Source: a virus
Taxonomy: Duplodnaviria > Caudoviricetes
Strand: one strand, 5' to 3'
Length of the DNA stretch: 64,000 nt
IMG/VR virus record: IMGVR_UViG_2643221929_000003
Coordinates: 7,225-71,224 of that record
The notes below the pieces were generated by a model. The model did no database searches, was not told the origin of the DNA, and saw only the letters and a program-made list of their open reading frames with translations. The stretch's first letter is position 1. Every line of letters begins with the position of its first letter. Positions 1 through 9,579 of the stretch are shown here, piece by piece. The position numbers were made by a program, and so were the translations under genes.

Positions 1-2
1 AC

Positions 3-737
3 TGGATCAACGCGCGCTTCGCCGAGATCCAGACCTCGTTCGACAACATCGCGGTCGACCAGTCGATTGTCCATTCGGACAGCATCGAGCTGAAGATCAT
101 CAACGAGAAGTCGCCGGGACTAGCGCTCAACGTCGAGCCGATCATCAACGTCCTCAACGCCCAGAACCAGGCGGCGCTGAAGACCATGTCGACGATCCTC
201 GGCCGCGGGACCTCCGGCGTGAACACTGGCTCCGTCGAGGCGCGTCTGGCCGCGCTCTACGCCGACCAGCTGAACGAGCCCCTGGCCGACCTCCTGTCCC
301 GGATGTTCTCCTTCATCCTGCAGCAGGGCGGCTACGCCGGCTTCGCCAAGGTCGAGTTCGACCCGGCCGAGCTGCGTCCCTGGACCGAGCTGGAGCCCCA
401 GCTCACCCTGCGCTCGCAGCGGCTGCGCCAGGACCTGTCAGACGGGCTGATCACCGACGTCGAGTACCACTTGTGGGTCTACAAGCGCCTGCCGCCGGAC
501 GGCGCGCCGGAGCTGTCCGGCACCGGCTTCCTCACCGAGGTGGCCGACGCCTCCGGCGCCGCGGGCTCGAACACGGGCGGCGGCGCGAAGCCCGAGAGCG
601 TGAGCCCGAAGACCGACAGCGTCGGCCGCGCCGCGAGCCCGGCGCGCACCCGCGCGACCGCCACGAACCGGCGCCAGACCCGCCGGCTGGTCAACACCCC
701 GCTGGTCGCTTCAGCCGGGGAGGTGATCACCAGATAA
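3..737 (+). CDS. Portal protein, C-terminal part (5' end outside window)
   Basis: Frame open from base 3 (WINARFAEIQTSFDNIAVDQ...) through ORF 186-737; lies upstream of protease/scaffold and capsid; call is positional. Confidence 0.65.
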   Translation, partial: WINARFAEIQTSFDNIAVDQSIVHSDSIELKIINEKSPGLALNVEPIINVLNAQNQAALKTMSTILGRGTSGVNTGSVEARLAALYADQLNEPLADLLSRMFSFILQQGGYAGFAKVEFDPAELRPWTELEPQLTLRSQRLRQDLSDGLITDVEYHLWVYKRLPPDGAPELSGTGFLTEVADASGAAGSNTGGGAKPESVSPKTDSVGRAASPARTRATATNRRQTRRLVNTPLVASAGEVITR

Positions 738-740
738 GTG

Positions 741-1592
741 TCACCGGCCCTGAATGCTACGATTGATAATTGATCCCTGCTGCTGAAGCAATGCCTGCTG
801 TTGCGCAGTATCAGATGGAACCAGACCACCTTTACTTGGGCCAAAGGTCAATATTAGATCGTGAGTTCGAGTTCGTCCCGTAGTTAAAAATGGCGCACTC
901 CCACCGCCAGAAACTCTAACGAGCTTCCAAGTCGGATTGATGCTGCCGTTCGTAACAACAATAAATTTTACTTCGTAACTAAACACATCAGGTTTTTGAC
1001 CCTCTTTTCCCCCAATAGAGGATGGAAGAACGCGGGCTGCAGTAATCTCATTTTTCAAATAGTCATAGATACCTAAATCTGACTGCAGCAACAACGAGCT
1101 GCCCCGAGTATCTATCGGGTCAAAATAATTGTGGCATCTTTCGACATTTCTGACATCCATAATACGACCAACAATGAAAAATGTATAAGCCGTGTTAATC
1201 CTTGTCGCCGATGACGATATATTGCCACCAAATCCCAGATTAAACATTTGCGATATATTCATACCGGCGTCAGTGCCATTAGGTAACGCATTATTGTATG
1301 TCACTGTTGAGTTAACGCCGGTATTCTCCTCAACTGTGAGAGTTGTAACCATTTGTACCGAGTAAGACGGCGGAATGATCGGCACATTGCCATAAGATAA
1401 ATCGCTATTGACGTTATACAGCGCGTCGACCAGCTCACAGAAGATCTTTTGCTTTATACGAGAAGACATATTGTTATTTATATCCCTCTCCTCCCAAGCT
1501 TCAGCAATCTGAGGGGGCGAAACGCCACAAGAATTTAGAAAAAAGCTGCACGGCGCGACCATAAGCGCAAATAAAACTTGGCTTATTTTCAT
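741..1592 (-). CDS. AT-rich moron: putative lipoprotein of unknown function
   Basis: 283 aa, hydrophobic N-terminus with lipobox-like FLNSC, beta-rich; low GC and antisense to the head genes. Confidence 0.75.
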   Translation of the reverse strand: MKISQVLFALMVAPCSFFLNSCGVSPPQIAEAWEERDINNNMSSRIKQKIFCELVDALYNVNSDLSYGNVPIIPPSYSVQMVTTLTVEENTGVNSTVTYNNALPNGTDAGMNISQMFNLGFGGNISSSATRINTAYTFFIVGRIMDVRNVERCHNYFDPIDTRGSSLLLQSDLGIYDYLKNEITAARVLPSSIGGKEGQKPDVFSYEVKFIVVTNGSINPTWKLVRVSGGGSAPFLTTGRTRTHDLILTFGPSKGGLVPSDTAQQQALLQQQGSIINRSIQGR

Positions 1593-1597
1593 TGATT

Positions 1598-2107
1598 TTA
1601 CTTCACATTAACACTGTAGCCGCCGCCGATTGGAGATGTTTTTGTTTCATCCACTATAGCGTCGACCTTCGAAGGCGACGCATTCGGAACTAGGTTTTTT
1701 ATTATTCTTTTCGCATCGCCGCTGGACAGCGCATCAGCTTCCAACCCACGGGGCGTAACCTTAAATAACTTCGCATCTTCTCCTAGATTTTCAGCAAAAG
1801 AAGGATCAATACCTGTATCTTCAGATTGGATCGAAAGGTTTAGCCCACTCATGCGGTGGGTAAGCGTAGCAAACCCTCCTTTGCCACCAGGAACTGGTAG
1901 TCCAGTATGTCTATCAATCACATCACCACTAACCGGCCGCTTGGGCTTTTGACGTTCAGCAGCATGCTTAGGCGTGACACCATGCCGATGCTTCAAAGCC
2001 TTGGTAGTATGCCGCTTGACTATAGTACGCTCTTTCGGCCTGGCTTCCGCTTGTCCGAGAAACAGGCAAGCGGCCAAAGCAATCAAGCTCGATCTACCTA
2101 AATTCAT
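1598..2107 (-). CDS. AT-rich moron: putative exported protein
   Basis: 169 aa, signal peptide-like N-terminus (LIALAACLFLGQAEA); 5 bp from the lipoprotein gene. Confidence 0.65.
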   Translation of the reverse strand: MNLGRSSLIALAACLFLGQAEARPKERTIVKRHTTKALKHRHGVTPKHAAERQKPKRPVSGDVIDRHTGLPVPGGKGGFATLTHRMSGLNLSIQSEDTGIDPSFAENLGEDAKLFKVTPRGLEADALSSGDAKRIIKNLVPNASPSKVDAIVDETKTSPIGGGYSVNVK

Positions 2108-2316
2108 GGCTCAGCGCCCTCAAATCGGCGGGCAGAAGATCACGGCCCAACTCGAAATCGCAAGCCGCCCACGAAAAAAGTAAATATGTGTGACATATTT
2201 ACACGTTAACGGATCCATCTATCGTGTTGACTGTGTTTGTTGCGCCCATCGGATGTGATTGCTGCGTACCCAGCATGTACCATGTCTCAAACGAGACACG
2301 CAGACCGTGAAGCTCA

Positions 2317-2335
2317 TCCCCTAAGATTTAGGGGA
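2317..2335. promoter_or_regulatory. Motif B palindrome TCCCCTAA-GAT-TTAGGGGA upstream of head module
   Basis: Perfect 8-bp arms; same motif at 8613 and 25674. Confidence 0.7.
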
Positions 2336-2409
2336 CAGCACGGCGCCGATTGTTGCAGCAATCTGCGATCATTCCTATCTGCTCGCAAGAAAAGAGCGGA
2401 CTTCTTGCA

Positions 2410-3573
2410 GTGAAGCAGCTACCCCTCAACGACGATCTGCGAGCGAAGCTGAAAGCAGCTGCACCCGACACCGATCCTGAGAAGGTGGCTGTGTTCGAGG
2501 CCGCCGCGCTCTCGACTGCTCCGGTTCGCAAGAAGCACCCCGTCTACCAGGGCGCGGTGCATACGGCGAACTTTCTCGCCCAGATGATGGGCGAGCTGCA
2601 GAAGGAGAGCCGGCCCCTGCAAATCATGCACGGGTCGTCGGAGGGGGACCAGCTGCCCATCGGGCGGGTGTTCCACGGCTCGATCTCCGAAGGGACGGGT
2701 GTCGACGGCGCGACCGAGCTGCTGACCCTGTTCTGGATCGACAACGAGCACGAGAGCCTGATCGCCAAGGTCAACTCGGGCACCATCGACCAGGTGAGCG
2801 TCGCGATCCTGGGGAAGTCGGCCAAGTCCAACAAGACCGGCTTCGACTTCATGGGCCCGGACGCCGATCTAGAGAACATCTGGCTCGGGGTCGACGACAA
2901 GGGGAACAAGATGGGCGTCGATGGCGCCCACGTCATCGTGGACGAGCTGGATGGCTGGTTCGAGATGAGCCTTGTCGGCCAGGGCGGCGCGCAGGGGGCC
3001 CGGATCAAGGGCCGCCAGCTGCAGCTCTCCGCTTCGGGTCAGGAGGTCCCCTCCATGACCCTCGAACTTTCCACCGGGCCTGCGCCCACACCGACCCCGA
3101 AGCCGCCGGCCCCGGCGCCCCAGAAGGACACGTTCGACATGGACGCCAAGGATTTCGCCGGCATCGTCGCCGAGAACGCCACGAAGCTCGCCAACGCCGA
3201 GAGCGCCAAGGCGGCGGCCGAGGCCGCCCGCGACGCGCTCAAGACCGAGCGTGACGCGCTGAAGACCGAGCTGGACGCCCTGAAGGGTTCCGACGCCCAG
3301 AAGCAGGTCGCCGACCTGACGACCGAGCGTGACGCCCTCAAGACCCAGCTCGACAACGCCAAGGCGCTCCCGGGCAAGCTCCTGTCGCCGCTGTTCGCAA
3401 TGATCGGCCAGCCGACCGCGACGCTCGACGAGGACGAGGCCAAGGCGGTCACCCAGGTGACCGGTGCCCTCGACAGCCTCAAGGCGCTCGGCGCCCGGCT
3501 CTCGGGTGGCCTGTCGCTCGGCAGCGCCGCGCCCCGCACGGGCGGCAACGCCGCCTTCAAGCGCCGCGCCTAA
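2410..3573 (+). CDS. Prohead protease/scaffold fusion
   Basis: N-terminal domain with H...D/E...EMSLV protease-like pattern, Pro-rich linker, coiled-coil C-terminus; probable GTG start at 2410 (ORF track 2350). Confidence 0.7.
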   Translation: MKQLPLNDDLRAKLKAAAPDTDPEKVAVFEAAALSTAPVRKKHPVYQGAVHTANFLAQMMGELQKESRPLQIMHGSSEGDQLPIGRVFHGSISEGTGVDGATELLTLFWIDNEHESLIAKVNSGTIDQVSVAILGKSAKSNKTGFDFMGPDADLENIWLGVDDKGNKMGVDGAHVIVDELDGWFEMSLVGQGGAQGARIKGRQLQLSASGQEVPSMTLELSTGPAPTPTPKPPAPAPQKDTFDMDAKDFAGIVAENATKLANAESAKAAAEAARDALKTERDALKTELDALKGSDAQKQVADLTTERDALKTQLDNAKALPGKLLSPLFAMIGQPTATLDEDEAKAVTQVTGALDSLKALGARLSGGLSLGSAAPRTGGNAAFKRRA

Positions 3574-3612
3574 TCGCCGGCTCCACCCGACACCGCAACA
3601 GGAGACCCGGCG

Positions 3613-4041
3613 ATGAGCACGCCCTTCCACACCAAGGTCCACGTCCACTCGATCAAGAACGAGATGTCCAACCGGACCATGGCGTTCGCCAACCCGGGCG
3701 GGCTCACGAAGGCCCAGCTGGAGGGTCGCCTGGTCGAGCCGGATCCGGCCGTGCCGTGCGGCATGAAGCTGGTCGAGGCCGGCACCGCCATCGGCCCGCG
3801 CGTCGCGCGCATCGACGTGTTCGAGAACCGCGGCCCCGGCGCGGGCGGCGTGATCACGGCCCAGTTCCAGTTCACGGACCTGGTCCCGATCCTCGACGGT
3901 GATCCCCTCGCGCAGGGCGACACGGCGGTCGGCGGCGGCGACGGCTTCGTGAAGAAGGGCGGCGCGGACGACGTCGGCGCCTTCGTCGCCGAGGTCCTGA
4001 CGGTCAAGGGCGTGAAGTACGCCTCGGTCGTGAAGCTCTAA
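3613..4041 (+). CDS. Head decoration/cement protein (putative)
   Basis: 142 aa between scaffold and major capsid; GGAGA RBS. Confidence 0.6.
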   Translation: MSTPFHTKVHVHSIKNEMSNRTMAFANPGGLTKAQLEGRLVEPDPAVPCGMKLVEAGTAIGPRVARIDVFENRGPGAGGVITAQFQFTDLVPILDGDPLAQGDTAVGGGDGFVKKGGADDVGAFVAEVLTVKGVKYASVVKL

Positions 4042-4080
4042 GCTTCCCGGCCGGTCACCAGAACTACGCCTTTTGCCAGC

Positions 4081-4149
4081 GGTACGGATCGTACCGCGGG
4101 CCGGGGCGGCAGAACTACCAGGCTCATCTTCAACGGTACGTCTCGTACC
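4081..4149. promoter_or_regulatory. Tandem pair of motif A operators upstream of major capsid gene
   Basis: GGTACG-GAT-CGTACC (4081-4095) and GGTACG-TCT-CGTACC (4135-4149). Confidence 0.75.
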
Positions 4150-4177
4150 ACCAACAGACCCCCGAGGAGTACGGGAC

Positions 4178-5386
4178 ATGGATCTCAAGCCGCTCACCCA
4201 GCTCACCGCCAACCGGAAGGCGCCCGAGGGGCTGCTCGCCGCGCTGGCCGTGCGGGACAACAAGCGCGCGTCGGCCGACGCCGGCCTGCAGCTCGTCAAC
4301 GAGGCCCGCTCCTACGGCCTGGAGATGCGCGACTTCCTGCGCCTCGCCGTCGACCCGATGGCCGCCGAGAAGCCCGAGCTGTACGAGGGCCTGAACGGCT
4401 ACGAGGCCGCGCTGAAGTTCCTCAACCTGCCGGTCGGCAACGACTACGACAGCGGTGTGGTCCTCGACCTCGCCTCCGACACCTTCGAGTACAGCCCCGG
4501 CACCCGTGCGCTGTTCCCCGAGGTGGTCGACGACGTCGTGCGCTTCGCCTCACGCCAGGTCGACTACGAGAACCTGGAGAGCCTGATCGCCTCCACGCGG
4601 ACGATCAACGGCGTCGAGATGATCTCGACCGTCGTGAACGACGAGAACCCCGAGGACTACAAGGTCTTCGGCCCGGTCTCCGAGTTCGGCCGGTTCCGCA
4701 TCGGCAGCATCAAGACCAGCGAGACGCGGGTCAAGATGTGGAAGATCGGTGGCGGCTACCGCACCTCCTACGAGTTCCAGCGCCGCTCGCGCCTGGATCT
4801 GCTCACCCCGTATGCCAACCGCATGCAGCGTGAGCTGAACCTCTCGAAGGTCGGGCTCGCCACGGACCTGCTGATCAACGGCGACACGGTCAACGTGCCG
4901 GCCAACGTCGTGCCGCAGTCGTCCTTCGACAACCTGCACGGCGCGGGCGTCGCGGAGAAGGGGCGGATCGCCTACAAGAACCTCCTCCAGTGGTTCGTGG
5001 CGCGGGCCAAGGCCGGTGTGCCCATCGACACCGTCGTCGGCAACTGGGACGCCTACCTCGACTGGCTGTTCCTGTTCGCGCTGCCCACCGCGAACGCCAC
5101 GACCCGCACCGACGCCGAGAACCTCGCGGCGACCGGCTTCCGCATCGGCGGCGTGCCGATCCTGAACGGCCAGATCAACTTCGTGCTCTCGACCACGATG
5201 CCGGCCGGCCAGCTCCTCGGCTTCCGCAAGGGCGAGACCCTGGAGCAGCTGATCGAGGCGGGGTCGCTGATCTCGGAGAGCGAGCGCGCTGTCCAGACGC
5301 AGTCGATCACGTACGTGAAGTCCGAGGTCTCGGGCTTCCGGCTGGTCTTCGGCGACACCCGCGAGATCTACGACTACACCAAGTAG
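4178..5386 (+). CDS. Major capsid protein
   Basis: ~402 aa from ATG 4178 with GAGGAG RBS; strongly biased codons; position and size typical of an HK97-fold capsid protein. Confidence 0.8.
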   Translation: MDLKPLTQLTANRKAPEGLLAALAVRDNKRASADAGLQLVNEARSYGLEMRDFLRLAVDPMAAEKPELYEGLNGYEAALKFLNLPVGNDYDSGVVLDLASDTFEYSPGTRALFPEVVDDVVRFASRQVDYENLESLIASTRTINGVEMISTVVNDENPEDYKVFGPVSEFGRFRIGSIKTSETRVKMWKIGGGYRTSYEFQRRSRLDLLTPYANRMQRELNLSKVGLATDLLINGDTVNVPANVVPQSSFDNLHGAGVAEKGRIAYKNLLQWFVARAKAGVPIDTVVGNWDAYLDWLFLFALPTANATTRTDAENLAATGFRIGGVPILNGQINFVLSTTMPAGQLLGFRKGETLEQLIEAGSLISESERAVQTQSITYVKSEVSGFRLVFGDTREIYDYTK

Positions 5387-5401
5387 TCGGCCGATCCCGC
5401 C

Positions 5402-5425
5402 GGCCCCCGGGAAAACCCGGGGGCC
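5402..5425 (+). terminator. GC-rich hairpin after capsid gene (terminator or mRNA stabiliser)
   Basis: GGCCCCCGGG-AAAA-CCCGGGGGCC, no U-tract. Confidence 0.5.
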
Positions 5426-5449
5426 ACCTGACGCCGGAGCCCGAACACC

Positions 5450-5797
5450 ATGAAGATCCTGGTCTCTACGACCGGCGCGTTCCAGCTCGTGCATTCCGAG
5501 CAGCACGAACACATCCGCGCGACCGGCGATACCGTCATCGAGAAGTCCCAGTGGGCGCAGGAGAAGGTCTCGATTGGCCAGCTCCTCGTTTCGGCGCAGC
5601 TCAACGACGAGGCCTCCGATGCTGAGTGGCTCAAGACGCTCGAAGAGAGCGACGGCGACCGCGACCTGGCCCTGGCCAGCTTCCTCGACCGCTTCCCGGT
5701 CGACGAGGAGAGCGCCCGCCGGCCCGAGCCCGCACCGAAGCCGCAGACCACCGCCCAGGTCACGCACAACCGCCGGGGCGCCCCGCACAAGAAGTAG
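5450..5797 (+). CDS. Hypothetical virion-associated protein
   Basis: 115 aa ORF with phage codon bias after capsid. Confidence 0.65.
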   Translation: MKILVSTTGAFQLVHSEQHEHIRATGDTVIEKSQWAQEKVSIGQLLVSAQLNDEASDAEWLKTLEESDGDRDLALASFLDRFPVDEESARRPEPAPKPQTTAQVTHNRRGAPHKK

Positions 5798-5806
5798 GGT
5801 TGAGCT

Positions 5807-6562
5807 GTGGACATCGTATCTTCAACCCCCGTGACGCTCTGGGTCGACTTCGAGGCGCCACAGGGACTGGTGATCCCCGATGTCGGCTCTGTGTCCTACA
5901 GCCTGTATGACGGCCAGGGTGTCCCACTCGTCGTAGACCAGGCTCTGACCCCGGAGGCTGACGCCACCGGGGTCTCCATCCAGGTCCTCGCGATCAACAA
6001 CGTGATCGCCCCGGACCGCTACTTCGAGCGCCGCACCGCGCTGGTGAGCTGGGTCGCCGATGGGCGCGGCTACACTGCGCGCGCCGGCTACCGGATCATC
6101 GACCTCCCCAACTACGGCGTGATGCCGGTCGACGTGCGGACCTACCTCGCCCTCAACGAGGACGAACTGCGGGACGACGAGGTCGACCTGTTCACCGCCT
6201 ACCTCACCCTGGCCAGCGCGGTCGGGAAGGACCGGCTGGACGCGGCGCTGAGCGCCGGCACGCTGGTGGAGGTGCGCGCGAGCCGCGCCGTCATGCTGAC
6301 GGCGGCCACCGCCCTGTTCCCGTCGCTCCGCTACCGGATCGCCCAGGCGAAGACGGACGGGACGCTGAAGTTCGAGCGGCTGAAGGACGCCGCCGCCTTC
6401 GACGGCCTGGTCGCCGCGACCGCGGACGAGCTGCGCCAGATCACGCAGGATCTGACCGGCGACACGTCGGCGGCCGACGCCCTGCCGACCCTGCTGGCGC
6501 TCACCACCATCACCACCGATCCCGTGACCGGGGCCGCGCCCGCGACCAGCACCGGAGGCTAA
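5807..6562 (+). CDS. Head-tail adaptor (putative)
   Basis: 251 aa; position in neck module. Confidence 0.55.
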   Translation: MDIVSSTPVTLWVDFEAPQGLVIPDVGSVSYSLYDGQGVPLVVDQALTPEADATGVSIQVLAINNVIAPDRYFERRTALVSWVADGRGYTARAGYRIIDLPNYGVMPVDVRTYLALNEDELRDDEVDLFTAYLTLASAVGKDRLDAALSAGTLVEVRASRAVMLTAATALFPSLRYRIAQAKTDGTLKFERLKDAAAFDGLVAATADELRQITQDLTGDTSAADALPTLLALTTITTDPVTGAAPATSTGG

Positions 6563-6565
6563 GCC

Positions 6566-7126
6566 ATGCCGATGCTCCTGTCGCGGATCCAGGCCCAGAA
6601 CGAGGTCTGGCTCCGCAAGCTGCCGCCGTCCGCCACCCGGTTCCGCGGCGTCATCTTCCCGGTCAACCCGACCGCGCTGCCGACCAGCGTGTTCGTGCTG
6701 CCGCGCCTGGGGCTCCGCACCCGGCCGCGCGAGCCGGTCCAGGCGAAGGATCTGTTCCGTGACCCGGCCGGCCGCGTCATGCTGGCCGGGAACTGGGAGC
6801 TGCCGCTCGCGCTGGACGATGTGGTCTCGCGCTGCTTCGTGCTGTTCCAGATGACCGGCAAGGTCAGCTGGCAGCGGCGCAGCACGGCCGTGAAGCACCC
6901 GGTCACCGGCCTGCCGATGTCGGAGGGCCCGTACCTGGAGCAGGGCCCGATCTGGGTCAGCATCGAGAGCTACACCCACGGGAACGAGGACCCCGGCGCC
7001 CGGATCGCCACCGACCGGCTCCGCTGCATCACGGCCGCGCCGCTGCAGCTCGGCGACCAGGTCAACGGCAAGACCGTGAAGCGGATCAACCCGACGCTCG
7101 GGGTCACCATCGCCGAGATCGAGTGA
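6566..7126 (+). CDS. Head closure protein (putative)
   Basis: 186 aa; position in neck module. Confidence 0.5.
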   Translation: MPMLLSRIQAQNEVWLRKLPPSATRFRGVIFPVNPTALPTSVFVLPRLGLRTRPREPVQAKDLFRDPAGRVMLAGNWELPLALDDVVSRCFVLFQMTGKVSWQRRSTAVKHPVTGLPMSEGPYLEQGPIWVSIESYTHGNEDPGARIATDRLRCITAAPLQLGDQVNGKTVKRINPTLGVTIAEIE

Positions 7127-7962
7127 TGGCGGCCGACCTGCAGCTCCTGTTCCGGGTCGGCGGCTCGAAGACAGGCGACCCCGGCTTCGTGGCCGCGCGC
7201 GCCGTCGAGCTGCTGCGCGAGCGCGCCGAGGCGAAGGGGATCGAGCGCCTGATGGAGGCCGTGATCGCCGACGAGAAGGCCATCGTCGGGGCGATCACCG
7301 CCGACGCGGAGAAGTTCGCCGGCCAGGCGGCGCGGGTGTTCACGCGCCTGAAGTCGCCGTCCTCGGGCTCCGTCACCATCTCGCTCGACGACATCAGCCG
7401 GAACGCCGGGGTGCTGTCGTCCGACAGCATGTCGAAGCGGCTGCAGGGCAAGACCACCACCGAGTGGCTAGCCCTCACGAAGCAGACTGTGGCGAACAAG
7501 CGCCGGCGCAAGGCCGGCGCGCCCACCACCTTCTTCGTGGAGACGGGCGCGCTGAAGGCCCTGCTGACCCAGTACCTCGGCCCGGCCATGGCCGCCCTGG
7601 TCGATCCCCGGATCGTCGTGCGGAAGGGACCGCGGCGCGTGTCGGTGACGCTGAGCCTGATGGCGCAGGCGTCCGGCCGGGAGAAGGCCGGCGTGACCGG
7701 CGCGAGCTTCCCGGGCGCGGCCGGCGGCGGCATCGCGCGGGAGGAGAGCCTGTTCGTCCGCTACCTGAAGAAGGCCGGCGCGCCGGACCGCGATCCGAAG
7801 CACCCGCTGGCCTACAAGCTGGAGAACCCCCGCGGCTCGCACCGGCCCTTCCTGCAGAACACCCTGGTCTACTGGATCAGCCGCCGGCTGCCGCTCGTTC
7901 TCGACAAGTCGCTGCGCTCGGCCGTGGCCAAGTCCAAGAAGAAGGGGAAGACCCGTGTATAA
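7126..7962 (+). CDS. Neck/tail completion protein (putative)
   Basis: Basic ~278 aa protein with HRPFL motif near the C-terminus as in HK97 gp10-like proteins; positional. Confidence 0.5.
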   Translation: MAADLQLLFRVGGSKTGDPGFVAARAVELLRERAEAKGIERLMEAVIADEKAIVGAITADAEKFAGQAARVFTRLKSPSSGSVTISLDDISRNAGVLSSDSMSKRLQGKTTTEWLALTKQTVANKRRRKAGAPTTFFVETGALKALLTQYLGPAMAALVDPRIVVRKGPRRVSVTLSLMAQASGREKAGVTGASFPGAAGGGIAREESLFVRYLKKAGAPDRDPKHPLAYKLENPRGSHRPFLQNTLVYWISRRLPLVLDKSLRSAVAKSKKKGKTRV

Positions 7963-8392
7963 GATCGCTCGCAACTCGACTGTCCGCATGATCGTGGATG
8001 CGATCCGCGACATGCCCGGCGAGCCCCAGTATTACGAGTTCGACGCGCACGCCGAGGCGACCGAGCTGCCGAACGCGGACCTGATCGGCCTGGTGGCCTT
8101 CTCCTGCACGGAGAACGACCAGTTCCACGACCTGTCGTTCGGCGTCGTGGTGATGACGGTCCAGGACCCGGGCCTGACCCGCTCGACCGACTACGTGGAC
8201 GCCTTCTACCGCCGGCTCCAGGCGCGCTCGAAGTGGCCGATGTTCAACGACGATGGCTCCCCCACCGGGTTCGAGGCCGTGGCCTTCGACGGCGTGGCGG
8301 CCTCGCCGATGGGCCGGGTCGACATGCGCCCGACCGTCGAGCTGGTGGTCACGGCGCGGGTGACGCAGGCTGGTCAGTGGTCTCCTCAGTGA
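7955..8392 (+). CDS. Tail terminator (putative)
   Basis: 145 aa, last neck gene before the major tail protein. Confidence 0.5.
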   Translation: MYKIARNSTVRMIVDAIRDMPGEPQYYEFDAHAEATELPNADLIGLVAFSCTENDQFHDLSFGVVVMTVQDPGLTRSTDYVDAFYRRLQARSKWPMFNDDGSPTGFEAVAFDGVAASPMGRVDMRPTVELVVTARVTQAGQWSPQ

Positions 8393-8597
8393 ACTCGACG
8401 CCCGCCTTGTAGAGGAGGTGCATCGTCTCCCGCACGTTCTCGCTCGCGCAGCCAAGCGCGGTCTCGATCAGGTAGACGACCTCCTTCGTCACCGAGCGGT
8501 GGTTCTGCTCGGCGCGGTGCTTCAGGATCTCGTGCAGGTCGGGCTTCACCATCACGGTTATCGGCTTCTCGCCCGAGGTCTTGTATTCGCGCGGCAT
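8349..8597 (-). CDS. Arc/Mnt-like ribbon-helix-helix DNA-binding protein
   Basis: MPREYKTSGEKPITVMVKPDLHEILKHRAEQNHRSVTKEVVYLIE matches the Arc pattern (RSxxxE); divergent from the tail gene. Confidence 0.8.
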   Translation of the reverse strand: MPREYKTSGEKPITVMVKPDLHEILKHRAEQNHRSVTKEVVYLIETALGCASENVRETMHLLYKAGVEFTEETTDQPASPAP

Positions 8598-8612
8598 AAC
8601 ATCTTCCCCAGC

Positions 8613-8631
8613 TCCCCTAATTTTTAGGGGA
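8613..8631. promoter_or_regulatory. Motif B palindrome TCCCCTAA-TTT-TTAGGGGA between Arc-like gene and major tail gene
   Basis: Perfect arms, 15 bp upstream of the Arc-like ATG. Confidence 0.75.
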
Positions 8632-8704
8632 AGTCTTTGGACAAATGGGGATCCATCATCATATTGCAAGCGACAGATTGCAGACCACTGTTGGAGACCT
8701 TGCC

Positions 8705-9484
8705 ATGAACCCGGGAACCGCCAAGAGTGGTCGCTTCCACTTCTCGACCGCCACCCTCTGCATCGCGCCGATGACGGAGCAGGCCGAGATCAACCCGCTG
8801 CTCCACTCCGTGGGCCTGGTGAAGAACTGCAAGGTCGACGTGACGACCTCGAAGGTCGACCTTACGCAGGGCATCCAGAACGACATCGTGGCGTCCGTCG
8901 TGAACGGCATGCCGATGACGGGCTCGGCCGAGGTGTACGAGTACACCGCGAAGAACTTCGCCTACGGCCTGTCGCAGGACCCGACCGGCCTGGTCGACAT
9001 GGCCAAGCCCGTGGGCGTCTCCGGCCCGGTCGCGGCGGCAGCCACCGAGGTCACGTCGGCGAGCGCCATCGTGGGCGCGAAGGCCGGCTCCTGGATCTAC
9101 ATCCAGGAGAACCAGGACGACCAGATCCACATCGCCAAGCTCTCGGCGGTGGCGGCCACGACCCTGTCGTTCGACGGCTACCCGGTCCCCGAGGGCATGT
9201 CGTTCTCGGCCAACGCCCGCGTCGGCCTGCTGAACAAGATCGACAGCGATCCCGGCAAGGCGAACAACAACTTCGCGGTCCGCGTGATCGGCATCGCGCT
9301 CGACGGCAACACCCCGGTGACCCTGCACTTCCCGAAGTGCCGCATCACCAAGGGCTTCTCGATGGGCTTCAGCTCGGACAACTTCTCGAACATGCCGTTC
9401 GAGTGGACGCCCCTGGTGCCGACGCCCAACGACGAAGGCTACATGGCCGACTTCAACCAGAAGCTCTCGATCTTCACCCGATAA
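8705..9484 (+). CDS. Major tail (tube) protein
   Basis: ATG 8705 with GGAGA RBS; followed by terminator, chaperones and tape measure. Confidence 0.75.
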   Translation: MNPGTAKSGRFHFSTATLCIAPMTEQAEINPLLHSVGLVKNCKVDVTTSKVDLTQGIQNDIVASVVNGMPMTGSAEVYEYTAKNFAYGLSQDPTGLVDMAKPVGVSGPVAAAATEVTSASAIVGAKAGSWIYIQENQDDQIHIAKLSAVAATTLSFDGYPVPEGMSFSANARVGLLNKIDSDPGKANNNFAVRVIGIALDGNTPVTLHFPKCRITKGFSMGFSSDNFSNMPFEWTPLVPTPNDEGYMADFNQKLSIFTR

Positions 9485-9504
9485 TCCGGGTCGGCGACAA
9501 GATC

Positions 9505-9534
9505 AGGCCCCGGGCAACCGGGGCCTTTTCTTTT
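9505..9534 (+). terminator. Rho-independent terminator
   Basis: AGGCCCCGG-GCAA-CCGGGGCCT followed by TTTCTTTT. Confidence 0.85.
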
Positions 9535-9579
9535 GGACATCTGGAACCCACATCTCCCCCAGCGAAACGAGGGGTCGAG

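Noticed and set aside
3229-3355. RDALKTE repeats in scaffold gene
   Set aside because: Normal coiled-coil heptad repeats.
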